Positions 37,802-46,467 of a stretch of DNA of 64,000 bases are shown one piece after another; position 1 is the stretch's first letter, and each line of letters starts with the position of its first letter. The stretch covers positions 5,733 through 69,732 of the forward strand of contig JASLZZ010000056.1 in NCBI GenBank assembly GCA_030754595.1. The letters are read 5' to 3'. The stretch is from Nitrospinota bacterium. Lineage in GTDB: Bacteria; UBA8248. The notes below the pieces were generated by a model. The model worked only from the letters and a program-made list of their open reading frames with translations, was not told where the DNA came from and made no database searches. The translations under genes and the position numbers were made by a program.

Positions 37802-38404
37802 TCAGACGCCCCCTCCGTCAGGGGAAAATTCCATCAACATCACCAGGGCGTCCTCCCCGTTGTCGGGGTAATAGCCCTTCCGCATCGCCACCGGGGAGAA
37901 GCCGAACCCCTCGTAAAGGGAAACCGCCGCCCCATTGCTGTTCCGGGCCTCCAGCGTCGCCCGCACGGCGTCGCGGCGGCGGGCGTCCTTGAGAATCTCC
38001 CTCATCAGGAACTTACCGACCCCCCGCCGGCGCGCCTCGGGCGATACCGTGACGTTCGTGATATGACACTCGTCCTTCACCTCCCACCAACAGGCGTAGC
38101 CGACGATGGCGAGGCCACCCGCGGCGGGGCCACCCGTGGCGGAGCCGCCAACGGCGGGACCGGCCCGGCCGTTCCGCCCCTCCACCTCCTCGGCGACCAA
38201 AGGCCGGGAAAAGGGAATCTTCTCTATCTCGCGGACGAAGGCATCCTCCGTCCAGGGAAGGGAGAAAGAGCGCACCTCGATCTTCATCACCTCGGGGATG
38301 TCGCCCACCCGCATCGGGCGCAGGCGCAGGCGCATCGGGCCGCCCCCTCCATAGGCGAAAATCTCGATCTTCCCCCGGTCAGGCCCGACAGCCCCTTCGC
38401 TCAC
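37802..38404 (-). CDS. rimI: Ribosomal protein S18 alanine N-acetyltransferase RimI with Gly/Ala insert
   Basis: LRPMRVGDI, SFSLPWT, HITNVTV..RRRGVG, LEARNSN, RKGYYPDNGEDALVM; GTG start 38404 behind GGGAG. Confidence 0.9.
   Translation of the reverse strand: MSEGAVGPDRGKIEIFAYGGGGPMRLRLRPMRVGDIPEVMKIEVRSFSLPWTEDAFVREIEKIPFSRPLVAEEVEGRNGRAGPAVGGSATGGPAAGGLAIVGYACWWEVKDECHITNVTVSPEARRRGVGKFLMREILKDARRRDAVRATLEARNSNGAAVSLYEGFGFSPVAMRKGYYPDNGEDALVMLMEFSPDGGGV
38111..38170. repeat. Four degenerate 15-bp tandem units inside rimI
   Basis: GAGGCCACCCGCGGC / GGGGCCACCCGTGGC / GGAGCCGCCAACGGC / GGGACCGGCCCGGCC. Confidence 0.6.
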
Positions 38405-38422
38405 AGCCTCTCTCCCGCGACA

Positions 38423-38500
38423 GGAATTTCGCGCAACCCGTCCGGATTTTCGCGCAACCCGCCCCAAACTTCACCCGCCCGGCCGGGAATTTCGCGCCAG
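38423..38500. repeat. 21-bp tandem repeat upstream of rimI
   Basis: GGAATTTCGCGCAACCCGTCC / GGATTTTCGCGCAACCCGCCC / degenerate unit / GGAATTTCGCGCCAG. Confidence 0.65.
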
Positions 38501-38703
38501 GCGCCAAAAACCTCATACCTCGGACCGAACCATAAACCGGACCGAACCCTGGAAACACCCTCCGCCGGGGGAGTCCGCCTCCGGCGGAGGGCTTCCAGCC
38601 GGGGCTTCCGCCCGGGGCCGCGTACCCCGTCTTTCGCTCAGCCCCCAGGGTGACTATAATCCCAATCATTCAGATTCACCATTCGGGTTTTAAGCACAAA
38701 CCA

Positions 38704-38945
38704 GGGCCGGACACCCTTGGGGTGAAAGCCCCCCCGGCTGGGATACCCCGGGCTGGAAAGCCTTGAACTGGAAGCGCCGGACCTTACGCCACTAACGGAA
38801 ACAAAGGCCGAGGCAAAAGCCCCCGTGCCGGAAGCACCGGGCAGAAAGCCTCGGGGTTTAACCCCCTCGGGCCGGACACCCTTGGGGTGAAAGGCCCCAC
38901 CCGGGCCGAACACCCTTGGGGTGAAAACCACCCCACGGGCCGGAA
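38704..38945. repeat. Three copies of a 24-bp hairpin repeat
   Basis: GGGCCGGACACCCTTGGGGTGAAA at 38704-38727, 38869-38892 and (one mismatch) 38903-38926; partial GGGCCGGA at 38937. Confidence 0.85.
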
Positions 38946-38977
38946 GCCCCTTTCCTTAATACTTCGGAGGACGAAAA

Positions 38978-39685
38978 ATGGGAGCCACCCTCACCCTTCT
39001 GGGCCACTCGAGCTTTCTCGTTAAAACCGGCGGCGGGAAGACCATCTACATCGACCCCTGGCTCGGCTGCCCGACCTGCCCCGAGAGCCTCCAAACCCCC
39101 GAAAAGGCCGACCTCATCTGCGTCACCCACGGCCACTTCGACCACACCGCCAGCGTCGTCGATATCTACAAACTAAACCCCTGCCCGGTGGCGGGCCCCT
39201 ACGAACTCGTCCACCTCCTCGCCGCCGACGGCGATATGCCCGACGAACACAAGGGCCTCATGGGCAAGGGCGGCACCGTCGCCTTCGGAGACGTCTCCGT
39301 CACCCTCACCCACGCCATGCACAGCTCGAGCTACGGCGAGCCCGGCATCTACGCCGGCGAGCCCGCCGGGATGATCCTCACCCTCGAGGACGGAAAGCGC
39401 GTCTACCACGCCGGCGACACCGCCGTATTCGGCGACATGGCCCTCATCGCCGAGCTCTACGCGCCCGACCTGTGCCTGCTGCCCATCGGCAGCCGCTTCA
39501 CCATGGACCCGGCCGAGGCCGCCAAGGCCTGCGAGATCCTCGGGGCAGGGCGCGCCGTCCCGATCCACCATTCCACCTTCCCGCCCCTGACGGGAACCCC
39601 GGCCCAGTTCTCAGAAGAGGTGAAAAAACGCGGCCTCGCGACGGAGGTCACCGTCCTCGCCCCCGGCGAGTCCGTCGAGGTGTAG
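38978..39685 (+). CDS. UPF0173 metal-dependent hydrolase (MBL fold)
   Basis: LGHSSF, IDPWL, THGHFDH, HAMHSS, YHAGDT, LPIG.RFTMDP, PIHH; GGAGG RBS. Confidence 0.92.
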   Translation: MGATLTLLGHSSFLVKTGGGKTIYIDPWLGCPTCPESLQTPEKADLICVTHGHFDHTASVVDIYKLNPCPVAGPYELVHLLAADGDMPDEHKGLMGKGGTVAFGDVSVTLTHAMHSSSYGEPGIYAGEPAGMILTLEDGKRVYHAGDTAVFGDMALIAELYAPDLCLLPIGSRFTMDPAEAAKACEILGAGRAVPIHHSTFPPLTGTPAQFSEEVKKRGLATEVTVLAPGESVEV

Positions 39686-39687
39686 GG

Positions 39688-39740
39688 CCCGGAGGGGCCT
39701 ACGTACCCGAAGGGGCCTACGGTCCGAAGGGACCTACGGG
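39688..39740. repeat. Three 17-18-bp tandem units
   Basis: CCCGGAGGGGCCTACGTA / CCCGAAGGGGCCTACGGT / CCGAAGGGACCTACGGG. Confidence 0.75.
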
Positions 39741-39989
39741 CTGCGGGGGCCGGTGGCCCCCTTTTAAAATCCCCCCAGGCTGGAAGCGGCTTCGCCTTGC
39801 CATCGGCAAGGGCTACCAAGAGGGAGCAAGCTAGTCTATGCTCATGCGACTGAAGAGCGAGGGTCTCGGCAACGAGTGTGGGCTCAAGGCGCTGGACGGC
39901 GCACTTCGGCCCTCCACCGACGCTTTACTGAGGAAGATGGACAGGTGGCAGATGAATCGACATTGACTCCTCCGAGGACCCGGCCCACG

Positions 39990-40301
39990 GCGGCCAGGGT
40001 CTCCTATCATGCCAAGAAGTGGCACGTTCACGTGGCCTCGGCCTTCCCGCTAGCCCATTACTACCGGGCTGTGCTCGGCTACGGGTGACGCGGGGCTGCA
40101 AGCGGTGTTGGTCCCGGAGGAGAAAGGAGCATTGCGCCCCAAAATGGAGAAAACCCTTTACTCACGGTGGATTTAGATGGAAGGGGCGTCCAAGAGGGTA
40201 TCTTTTTGCGGACTTTATGGACTTCTTGGCGGGAGACACCACCCGAGGAAGGACAAATTGGCCGGATTTTGCTAGATTAAGGGTGTTGCGCATAATTCCG
40301 G
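39990..40301 (+). mobile_element. Probable right-end fragment of an IS1380-family element
   Basis: AARVSYHAKKWHVHVASAFPLAHYYRAVLGYG* resembles IS1380 transposase C-termini (from memory); candidate terminal IR GCATAATTCCGG at 40290-40301. Confidence 0.5.
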
Positions 40302-40368
40302 ACTAAACACTAGAATGGCTTCAGCCAAGGGACGAAATGGGAAATCCGGGTTTAGAGGAGGTATTCGA

Positions 40369-40722
40369 ATGAAGTATGACAAAGAGAAAATTCAGGTGGG
40401 TTTGTGGAGTGCTATTGGTGGTGCAATCGTATTGGCCATCATCGGATTCAATTGGGGTGGATGGGTCCTGGGGAGTACTTCCCAGAAAATGGGTGAGGAA
40501 ATGGCCGAAGAAGCTGTCGTCAGCCGCTTGGCACCCATTTGTGTCGAGCAGTTTCGCCAGGATTCAGAGAAAGTTTATAAGCTCAAGGAAATGAAGGCAA
40601 AAGATGACTGGAAGAGAGGCGACTACGTGGAAGAACAGGGTTGGGCGACCATGCCCGGCGAAAAGAAACCCAACAGCGAGGTTGCGGGAAAGTGCGCGGA
40701 AAAGCTCATGAAACTCACGTAG
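40369..40722 (+). CDS. Conserved hypothetical membrane-anchored protein
   Basis: GGAGG RBS; GGAIVLAIIGFNWGGWV, LAPICVEQF, GWATMPG, C-A-x-x-L; more AT-rich than flanks. Confidence 0.85.
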   Translation: MKYDKEKIQVGLWSAIGGAIVLAIIGFNWGGWVLGSTSQKMGEEMAEEAVVSRLAPICVEQFRQDSEKVYKLKEMKAKDDWKRGDYVEEQGWATMPGEKKPNSEVAGKCAEKLMKLT

Positions 40723-41032
40723 CGCCCTTTGCTGGCCGGGGTTTTGACTGGAGGAAGCACCTCGGATTGCGTCATCGGCGGGGGTAGGGGGCAGAGCCCC
40801 CCTTCCGCGCGGGCGGCGGGAACGGCTCCCGAGCGCGAAGAGATTTTTGCGATTAATAGATTTTGTTGAAAACGGCAGAGGAAAATTTCGACAGTTTTTG
40901 TTTTTGCATTGCGTTTCACCTGTGATGAACGAATGGATTGACATAAACAGGTCTTATTTTTTTGATTTAGTGGCTAGGGGTGAAAATGTTCAGCCTTGCG
41001 TAAAAAAATGTTCTTTGTGGACCACGAGAAAT

Positions 41033-41342
41033 GGCCCCACTAACTTAAAATTAGAGTAAATGGTTAGTTGGATACCAACTCCCGATATTCCAACTTCTTC
41101 GCCCCAATGAGCTTCGCCAGCGTGTCACGGAATAGGTATAGGTTCTTTCGGTTATTATGCTGCCACTCGATTTCGCCCAAATAGACGTCCAGATACTTCG
41201 CGCTGATCTTATGAAAAGTCCCGGCAATGGATCGACTCAGGAGGCTCTAGACAGATTCAAACGAGTTGGTGTGGATGTCGCCGTCTCGGATTCATTCTTT
41301 CTCACTATGGTTGACCGTTTCGTGCCTTGTATTTTTGTCACC
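41033..41342 (-). mobile_element. IS1595-family (ISXO2-like DDE) transposase relic
   Basis: Minus strand: HETVNHSEKE*IRDGDIHTNSFESV*SLLSRSIAGTFHKISAKYLDVYLGEIEWQHNNRKNLYLFRDTL..LEYRELV*; internal stops at 41292-41294 (TGA) and 41247-41249 (TAG), final stop 41064-41066; possible IR GGCCCCACTAACTTA at 41033. Confidence 0.85.
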
Positions 41343-41386
41343 GGCCTCGGAGGCGGCTTCGCCCACCGCCCGCGAGAGGCCCCCAG

Positions 41387-42733
41387 ATGCTGAAACCCGC
41401 TCAGGACACCCTGCCCGGTCCGGCCCCCTCTCGGGGCCCGGCCACACCTCGGGGGGCCATCCCGCAGGGGTTTCATATGATGCTCAAGCCCCGCGGGGCG
41501 ATCTGCAATCTCGATTGCGGCTACTGCTACTTTCTCACTAAAGAAGCGCTCTACCCCGGAAGCGGCTTCCGGATGAGCAGTGAATCACTCGAAACCTTCA
41601 CCCGACAATATTTTGAAGCCCAAAGCGTCCCCGAGGTGGATTTCGGCTGGCAGGGCGGGGAGCCCATGCTCATGGGCCTCGATTTTTTCCGCCTCACGGT
41701 GGAACTTCAGGAAAAATACCGCCCGGCTGGAATGACCGTCCACAACTCCCTCCAGACCAACGGAACGCTCATCGACGAGGAATGGAGTGAATTCTTCCGG
41801 GAAAACGATTTCCTCGTCGGAATCAGCCTCGACGGCCCCCGCGCGCTTCACGACGCCTACCGCGTCGACAAATCGGGCGCGGCGAGCTTTGATCGGGTGA
41901 TGGCGGGCCTCGCGCTTTTGAAAAAAACCGGCGTCCCGTTCAACGTCCTCACCACCGTCAACGCCGCCAATGTAAATTACCCCGCCGAGGTCTACCGGTT
42001 TCTGCGCGATGAGGCCGGGGCCCGCTACATTCAGTTCATCCCCATCGTCGAGCGAGAAAACGGCACCGGCTTTCAGGAGGGTCACCATGTGACTGATCGC
42101 TCGGTTGGAGGGCGCCAGTACGGCGAGTTTCTCGCCGCCGTGTTCGACGAATGGGTCCGGCGGGATGTGGGAGAAATTTTCGTCCAGATCTTCGACGTGG
42201 CGCTGAACAGTTGGTCAGGAGAGCGGCCAGGGCTTTGCATTTTCGACGAAACCTGCGGCGGAGCCCTCGCCGCCGAGCACAACGGAGATGTCTATTCGTG
42301 CGATCACTACGTCGAACCGCGCTATCTACTGGGCAATTTAAAAAAAACGCCCCTGCTCGAAATCGTGAACTCGGACCGCCAGCGGGCGTTCGGCCTCGCC
42401 AAGCGGGAGGCCCTCCCCCGCTACTGCCGGGAGTGCGAGGTCCGCTTCGCCTGTGGCGGCGGGTGCCCGAAGGACCGATTCATCAAGACGCCCGGCGGGG
42501 AGCCCGGCCTGAATTATCTTTGCGAGGGTTTTCGGGATTTTTTTAACCACATCGACGGGCCGATGCGCTTCATGGCGGGCGAGCTCGCGGCCCGCAGGCC
42601 GCCAGCCAACATCATCCGTAAAATCCGGCTAGAGGACGAAGCGCGCCTGGAGCGGGAATTCGCCCGCGCCGGGCGAAACGACGCCTGCCCCTGCGGAAGC
42701 GGGAAGAAATTCAAGCACTGCCACGGGGGCTGA
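41387..42733 (+). CDS. Anaerobic sulfatase-maturating radical SAM enzyme (SPASM) with C-terminal SEC-C motif
   Basis: CNLDCGYC, WQGGEP, QTNG, GISLDG, YSCDHYV, CRECEVRFACGGGCPK, GRNDACPCGSGKKFKHCHG. Confidence 0.93.
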   Translation: MLKPAQDTLPGPAPSRGPATPRGAIPQGFHMMLKPRGAICNLDCGYCYFLTKEALYPGSGFRMSSESLETFTRQYFEAQSVPEVDFGWQGGEPMLMGLDFFRLTVELQEKYRPAGMTVHNSLQTNGTLIDEEWSEFFRENDFLVGISLDGPRALHDAYRVDKSGAASFDRVMAGLALLKKTGVPFNVLTTVNAANVNYPAEVYRFLRDEAGARYIQFIPIVERENGTGFQEGHHVTDRSVGGRQYGEFLAAVFDEWVRRDVGEIFVQIFDVALNSWSGERPGLCIFDETCGGALAAEHNGDVYSCDHYVEPRYLLGNLKKTPLLEIVNSDRQRAFGLAKREALPRYCRECEVRFACGGGCPKDRFIKTPGGEPGLNYLCEGFRDFFNHIDGPMRFMAGELAARRPPANIIRKIRLEDEARLEREFARAGRNDACPCGSGKKFKHCHGG

Positions 42734-43498
42734 TTAACAGCCCGCGCTTCTTCCGCCGTCCACGATGATGTGCTGTCCGGTGAGATAATCCGAGGCCGAC
42801 GAGCACAGGAACACCGCCGCCCCGGCGACATCCTCGGGCTCCCCCGCCCTTCCCGCCGGCGTGCGCGAGATGACCCCCGCCATCTTTTCCGGATCGGCGT
42901 AGAGCCCCTCGGTCAGCGGGGTGCGGGTGAGCTGAGGGCCCAGCGCGTTCACCTGGATTCCGTGGGGGCCCCATTCGACCGCCATCGCCCGCGACATCGC
43001 GACGATTCCGCCCTTGGCGGCGATGTAGGCCGATTGGTTGGGTACGGCGAGCTCGGCCAGGATCGAGGTGATAAAAAGGATTTTTCCGCCCTCCCCCCGG
43101 CCGATCATCGCCCGCGCCGCCGCCTGGGCGCAGGCGTAGGCCCCCCGCACATGAACCCCGAGGAGTTCGTCCAGCTCGCCGGGCGTCGTTTCGAGGGCGG
43201 GCTTCACCACGAGGCGGCCAGCGCAGGTCACCATCGCGTCGAGACGGCCGCAATCCTCAACTGCCTTCTCCACCAGTCCGTTCACCTCATCCGGCGAGGT
43301 GACATCGCAGGGCATGAACCGCGCATCGAGCCCTTCGTCCTTCAACAGGTCCGCCGCCGCCTCACCCCTCTCCCGCGAGCGGCTGGAGAGAATCACACGC
43401 GCCCCGGCGGCCGCCAGCGCCCGCCCGATCGTGAGCCCGATCCCGGTGGCGCCGCCCGTGACGGCGGCCACCCGGCCATCCATCGAAAACGGCGTCAT
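42734..43498 (-). CDS. SDR family oxidoreductase (gluconate 5-dehydrogenase-like)
   Basis: VTGGATGIG, YIAAKGG, VNALGP; start at ATG 43498 behind GAGG. Confidence 0.9.
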   Translation of the reverse strand: MTPFSMDGRVAAVTGGATGIGLTIGRALAAAGARVILSSRSRERGEAAADLLKDEGLDARFMPCDVTSPDEVNGLVEKAVEDCGRLDAMVTCAGRLVVKPALETTPGELDELLGVHVRGAYACAQAAARAMIGRGEGGKILFITSILAELAVPNQSAYIAAKGGIVAMSRAMAVEWGPHGIQVNALGPQLTRTPLTEGLYADPEKMAGVISRTPAGRAGEPEDVAGAAVFLCSSASDYLTGQHIIVDGGRSAGC

Positions 43499-43605
43499 GC
43501 CGGATTCCTCTTTCACAATTTCGGCCATCGATGGGTCTCCGCTTGTTGCCGCGACTCCGGAATTCGCCAAACCGGCAGTTCCGAAATTTCCAGGTCCCGA
43601 GCTTT

Positions 43606-44916
43606 CTAAAGAATTTGCGATGCGTCCCACGTGTAGCGCTCGAGGCGGCTCCGGGTCTCGGGGCCAAAGCCCTCGAACATCTTCACCGTGGCCTTTTTGC
43701 TCCCCTCGACGGCGGGCTGGTCGAACGGGTTCACCTCCCGGAGGAGGCCGCCGTAGACCGCCGCCCACTGCCAGAGCGCGATGGCCGAGGCCACATCCTC
43801 GGCGCAAAGGGCGTCGAGGGTGAGAACCATGTGGGGCACTCCCCGCCGCTCCGCCTCGGCGGCGACCCCGGCGTGCTCAAGATCGAGGAATTCCCCCGCG
43901 CTCACCCCGCCGCCCAGGGTGAAATCCTCCTCGCTCGTGCGCACCCGGAGGCTCAGGCCCGCGATATTCTCCCGCCCGCCGAAGTAGCGCTGGTTGGTGT
44001 GGTGCTGGCTCTCGGGCCCCTCGGCGAAGAGCAGGGTCTGCCCGCGCCCCTCCTTGCAGTAGCTCTCGTGAACGAGCTGAACGGCGAGCGCTCCCACACC
44101 GGAGAGCGCCCGGCGGTAGATCGGGAAAAATATCTCGGTGCGCCCGGCGAGTTCGGCCCGCCAAAGTCTGAGGGCGAGCGCCTTGGCCATGTTCTCTCCG
44201 GGCGGCGTCTCGGAGGCGAGCCGCCCATGAGCGGCCCCGAAGGCGGCATCGAGCGCACGAGGCACCTCCGCGCCGCCCAGGGCGAGGGCGAGAGGAAGCA
44301 GCGCGTTGTTCTGCCCCGCCGTGAACCGCCCGCCCACCTCGGCCGGATGGAGAAAGCTCTCGAGTCCTTTCCCGTCGATTAGGGCAGCGAGTTTGCTCGG
44401 TCCCGGGGATATCACCGCCAGGGCCGGATAGCCCGCGTTCACGAGAAGTTTCGTCTCCTGGACCACGTTTTCCGTCTCGCCCGATTTGCTCACCGGCACG
44501 AGGAGGGTGTTCGTCTGGGTGAACCGCCCCCGGGCGGAGACCAACTCGCCCAGCAGCCCGCCCGGGTCGGTCCCGTCGAGGAGGTGAAGCCCACGGACCG
44601 CGCCGCCCACAGCTCCAGAAAGCGCCTCATAAAGCGCCCAGACGTTCCTGATCGAGCCGCCGTTGCCGATGACGACGATATGGTCTTTTTTTCTCGCCAG
44701 GGAGATTTTAGCCTCGATGCCGTCGAGATCGGGCCACTCCCTCGCGAAGACGGGGACCGGCTCGCCGCCCTGATAGCGGGCGATGGCTTCGGCGCAGGCG
44801 CCGGGGTCGGAGAGAAGCGCCTCGCCGCGATCTCCAGTTGTGGCGGCGTCCGCGTCGCTATCGCGATCCGCTCGGGCCGCCTCGTCCCAGATTTTTGTGT
44901 AGAGATAGAGTCCCAT
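43606..44916 (-). CDS. pgi: Glucose-6-phosphate isomerase-like protein (divergent)
   Basis: VIGNGGS, SKSGET, VGGRFT, QLVHES..K, SQHH, NPFDQPAVEGSKK. Confidence 0.8.
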   Translation of the reverse strand: MGLYLYTKIWDEAARADRDSDADAATTGDRGEALLSDPGACAEAIARYQGGEPVPVFAREWPDLDGIEAKISLARKKDHIVVIGNGGSIRNVWALYEALSGAVGGAVRGLHLLDGTDPGGLLGELVSARGRFTQTNTLLVPVSKSGETENVVQETKLLVNAGYPALAVISPGPSKLAALIDGKGLESFLHPAEVGGRFTAGQNNALLPLALALGGAEVPRALDAAFGAAHGRLASETPPGENMAKALALRLWRAELAGRTEIFFPIYRRALSGVGALAVQLVHESYCKEGRGQTLLFAEGPESQHHTNQRYFGGRENIAGLSLRVRTSEEDFTLGGGVSAGEFLDLEHAGVAAEAERRGVPHMVLTLDALCAEDVASAIALWQWAAVYGGLLREVNPFDQPAVEGSKKATVKMFEGFGPETRSRLERYTWDASQIL

Positions 44917-44922
44917 TGTAGG

Positions 44923-45279
44923 TCACTCCCCTGAGAAATCCACGATTGGCAAAACCCGCGCGACGATCTCTTTCGCCGTGGCACTCTCGCCGAGATCGAA
45001 CTTGTCGCCTTTTTCTGAAACGCCGTCCATCTTCACCGGCCCCGATGTGTTTTTCGCGCGTATGTTGCCGACCGGGCGGATTCGTACCTGATAGTCGAGG
45101 TTTTCGATGATCGCCCTTTCTTCAGGGTGCTCGAAAAAGCGAGGGGCCGCCCTTTCGGCGATGATGCCGCTGACGCCGACACGATCGAAGTGTCCGTGCG
45201 CGTGGATGACGAGTTCGAAATCCTCGGGGCGGCGTCTCGCCGCGCCGTCCGCCGTTTGGATTTTGAGCGACAGGGTCAT
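44923..45279 (-). CDS. Hypothetical protein, probably co-transcribed with pgi
   Basis: 118-aa ORF ending 6 nt before the pgi start; no motif recognised. Confidence 0.55.
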   Translation of the reverse strand: MTLSLKIQTADGAARRRPEDFELVIHAHGHFDRVGVSGIIAERAAPRFFEHPEERAIIENLDYQVRIRPVGNIRAKNTSGPVKMDGVSEKGDKFDLGESATAKEIVARVLPIVDFSGE

Positions 45280-45436
45280 GAAAGACTCGCTGTGAAGGGA
45301 GGGGCTCCCGGCGGGCGGCCCGCAACCATATAACCCTCACAATAAAGAATTTACGCCCCCGTCTCAATCCCCTCCCGGCCGCGCCCCGAGGCCCTCGGAG
45401 CCGAGACCCGGAGCGATGAATTCCGGCGGAAACGAC

Positions 45437-45453
45437 TGTTGAATCTTTCAACA
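45437..45453. promoter_or_regulatory. Operator-like palindrome
   Basis: TGTTGAA-TCT-TTCAACA in the divergent intergenic region. Confidence 0.45.
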
Positions 45454-45727
45454 AAAAAACCTAAACGAACAAATCGCGGCCCGGCGCGGCGCGTATTTTC
45501 TTGGCGCCTTTCTTCAAATACAAGTCGTGTTTTCGTAAACAAAAAAACTTCGGCGATAAACCGGCAATTCATTTTTTCATAAAAATCAAACAAAGATCAT
45601 CTCTAAAAAAAATTTACTTTTCGGTTTTTACGATTCCATTCGCAACGATTTTCTCATTTCTTGCGCAAAACATTCATTTTTAAAAAAAATTAAAAACAAA
45701 AAACTTTGCTTTTAATCAAAATAACGC

Positions 45728-45755
45728 TTGACCTAACGGATAAATTTGATAAATT
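45728..45755 (+). promoter_or_regulatory. Sigma-70-like promoter with A-tract upstream region
   Basis: TTGACC-N16-TAAATT preceded by about 200 bp of A/T tracts. Confidence 0.45.
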
Positions 45756-45891
45756 TCTTCATATAAATGTGTTTCATGTGATCGTATGTAAATGAAATAC
45801 ATTTTTCATCGTCGGCTTCAAGTTGTCGCTTGCTCCGCCGATGTAAAGCGCTTTCATCGCGCGCCTGACCGCCCGGCCGGGAGAACGTTGC

Positions 45892-46170
45892 ATGGCAACG
45901 AAGAAGAAGGCAAAGAAGAAGGCAGCCAAGAGGAAAGCTCCAAAGCGTAAGGCCACGAAGAAAAAGGCCACGAAGAAAAAGGCCACGAAGAAAAAGGCCA
46001 CGAAGAAAAAAGCCAAGAAGAAGGCCAGGAAAAAAACCAAGAAAAAGGCCACGAAGAAAAAGGCCAGGAAAAAAACCAAGAAAAAGGCCACGAAGAAAAA
46101 AGCCAAGAAAAGGCCAGCCAAAAAGAAGGCCAGGAAAAAAGCCAAGAAAAAGGCGAAAAGGAAGCGGTAG
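45892..46170 (+). CDS. Histone H1-like Lys-rich DNA-binding protein
   Basis: 92 aa using only M/A/T/K/R/P; KKKAT repeats encoded by 15-bp AAGAAAAAGGCCACG units; GGGAG RBS; followed by a terminator. Confidence 0.85.
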   Translation: MATKKKAKKKAAKRKAPKRKATKKKATKKKATKKKATKKKAKKKARKKTKKKATKKKARKKTKKKATKKKAKKRPAKKKARKKAKKKAKRKR

Positions 46171-46209
46171 TCCCCTTTAAACGATCTTAAGAGCAAGCGA
46201 CCTGGCAAA

Positions 46210-46241
46210 GGGGCCCTGCCGAAAGGCGGGGCCTCTTTTTT
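46210..46241 (+). terminator. Rho-independent terminator
   Basis: GGGGCCCTGCC-GAAA-GGCGGGGCCTC-TTTTTT. Confidence 0.85.
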
Positions 46242-46467
46242 CAGCTATTCTCCTTGAAAAGAACCTCCTCCGCCCCGCCGCCCTCTCCGAGCCGTCCCCT
46301 TTCCCTGCCCTCGGGGCTGGGGTATAAATCCGTCCCGAGAGCGATAAGCCGCCCGGAGCCAAGCGGAATCACACATGAACCTCCCCGCCTCCAACCAAGA
46401 GGCTTCCGGCCTAGAAGCTTCCGGCCGGGGGCGTCGGCGCGGGGCATAACTAACGGGAGGATAGGGC

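Noticed and set aside
38704-38945. CRISPR mini-array from the 24-bp palindromic repeats
   Set aside because: Gaps are 141 and 10 bp rather than uniform spacers of about 30-40 bp; no cas genes or AT-rich leader.
41064-41342. Stop-codon recoding (Sec, Pyl or an alternative code) in the IS1595 fragment
   Set aside because: TGA and TAG both end normal genes in this window; the fragment is 5'-truncated and the stops fit TGG point mutations.
45340-45800. Replication origin in the AT-rich region
   Set aside because: I found no TTATCCACA-type DnaA box cluster and no dnaA/dnaN/parAB context; a promoter region explains it better.
45774-46208. Phe/Ala/Leu-rich membrane protein ORF on the minus strand
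   Set aside because: Antisense shadow of the Lys-rich gene, which has the RBS, promoter and terminator.
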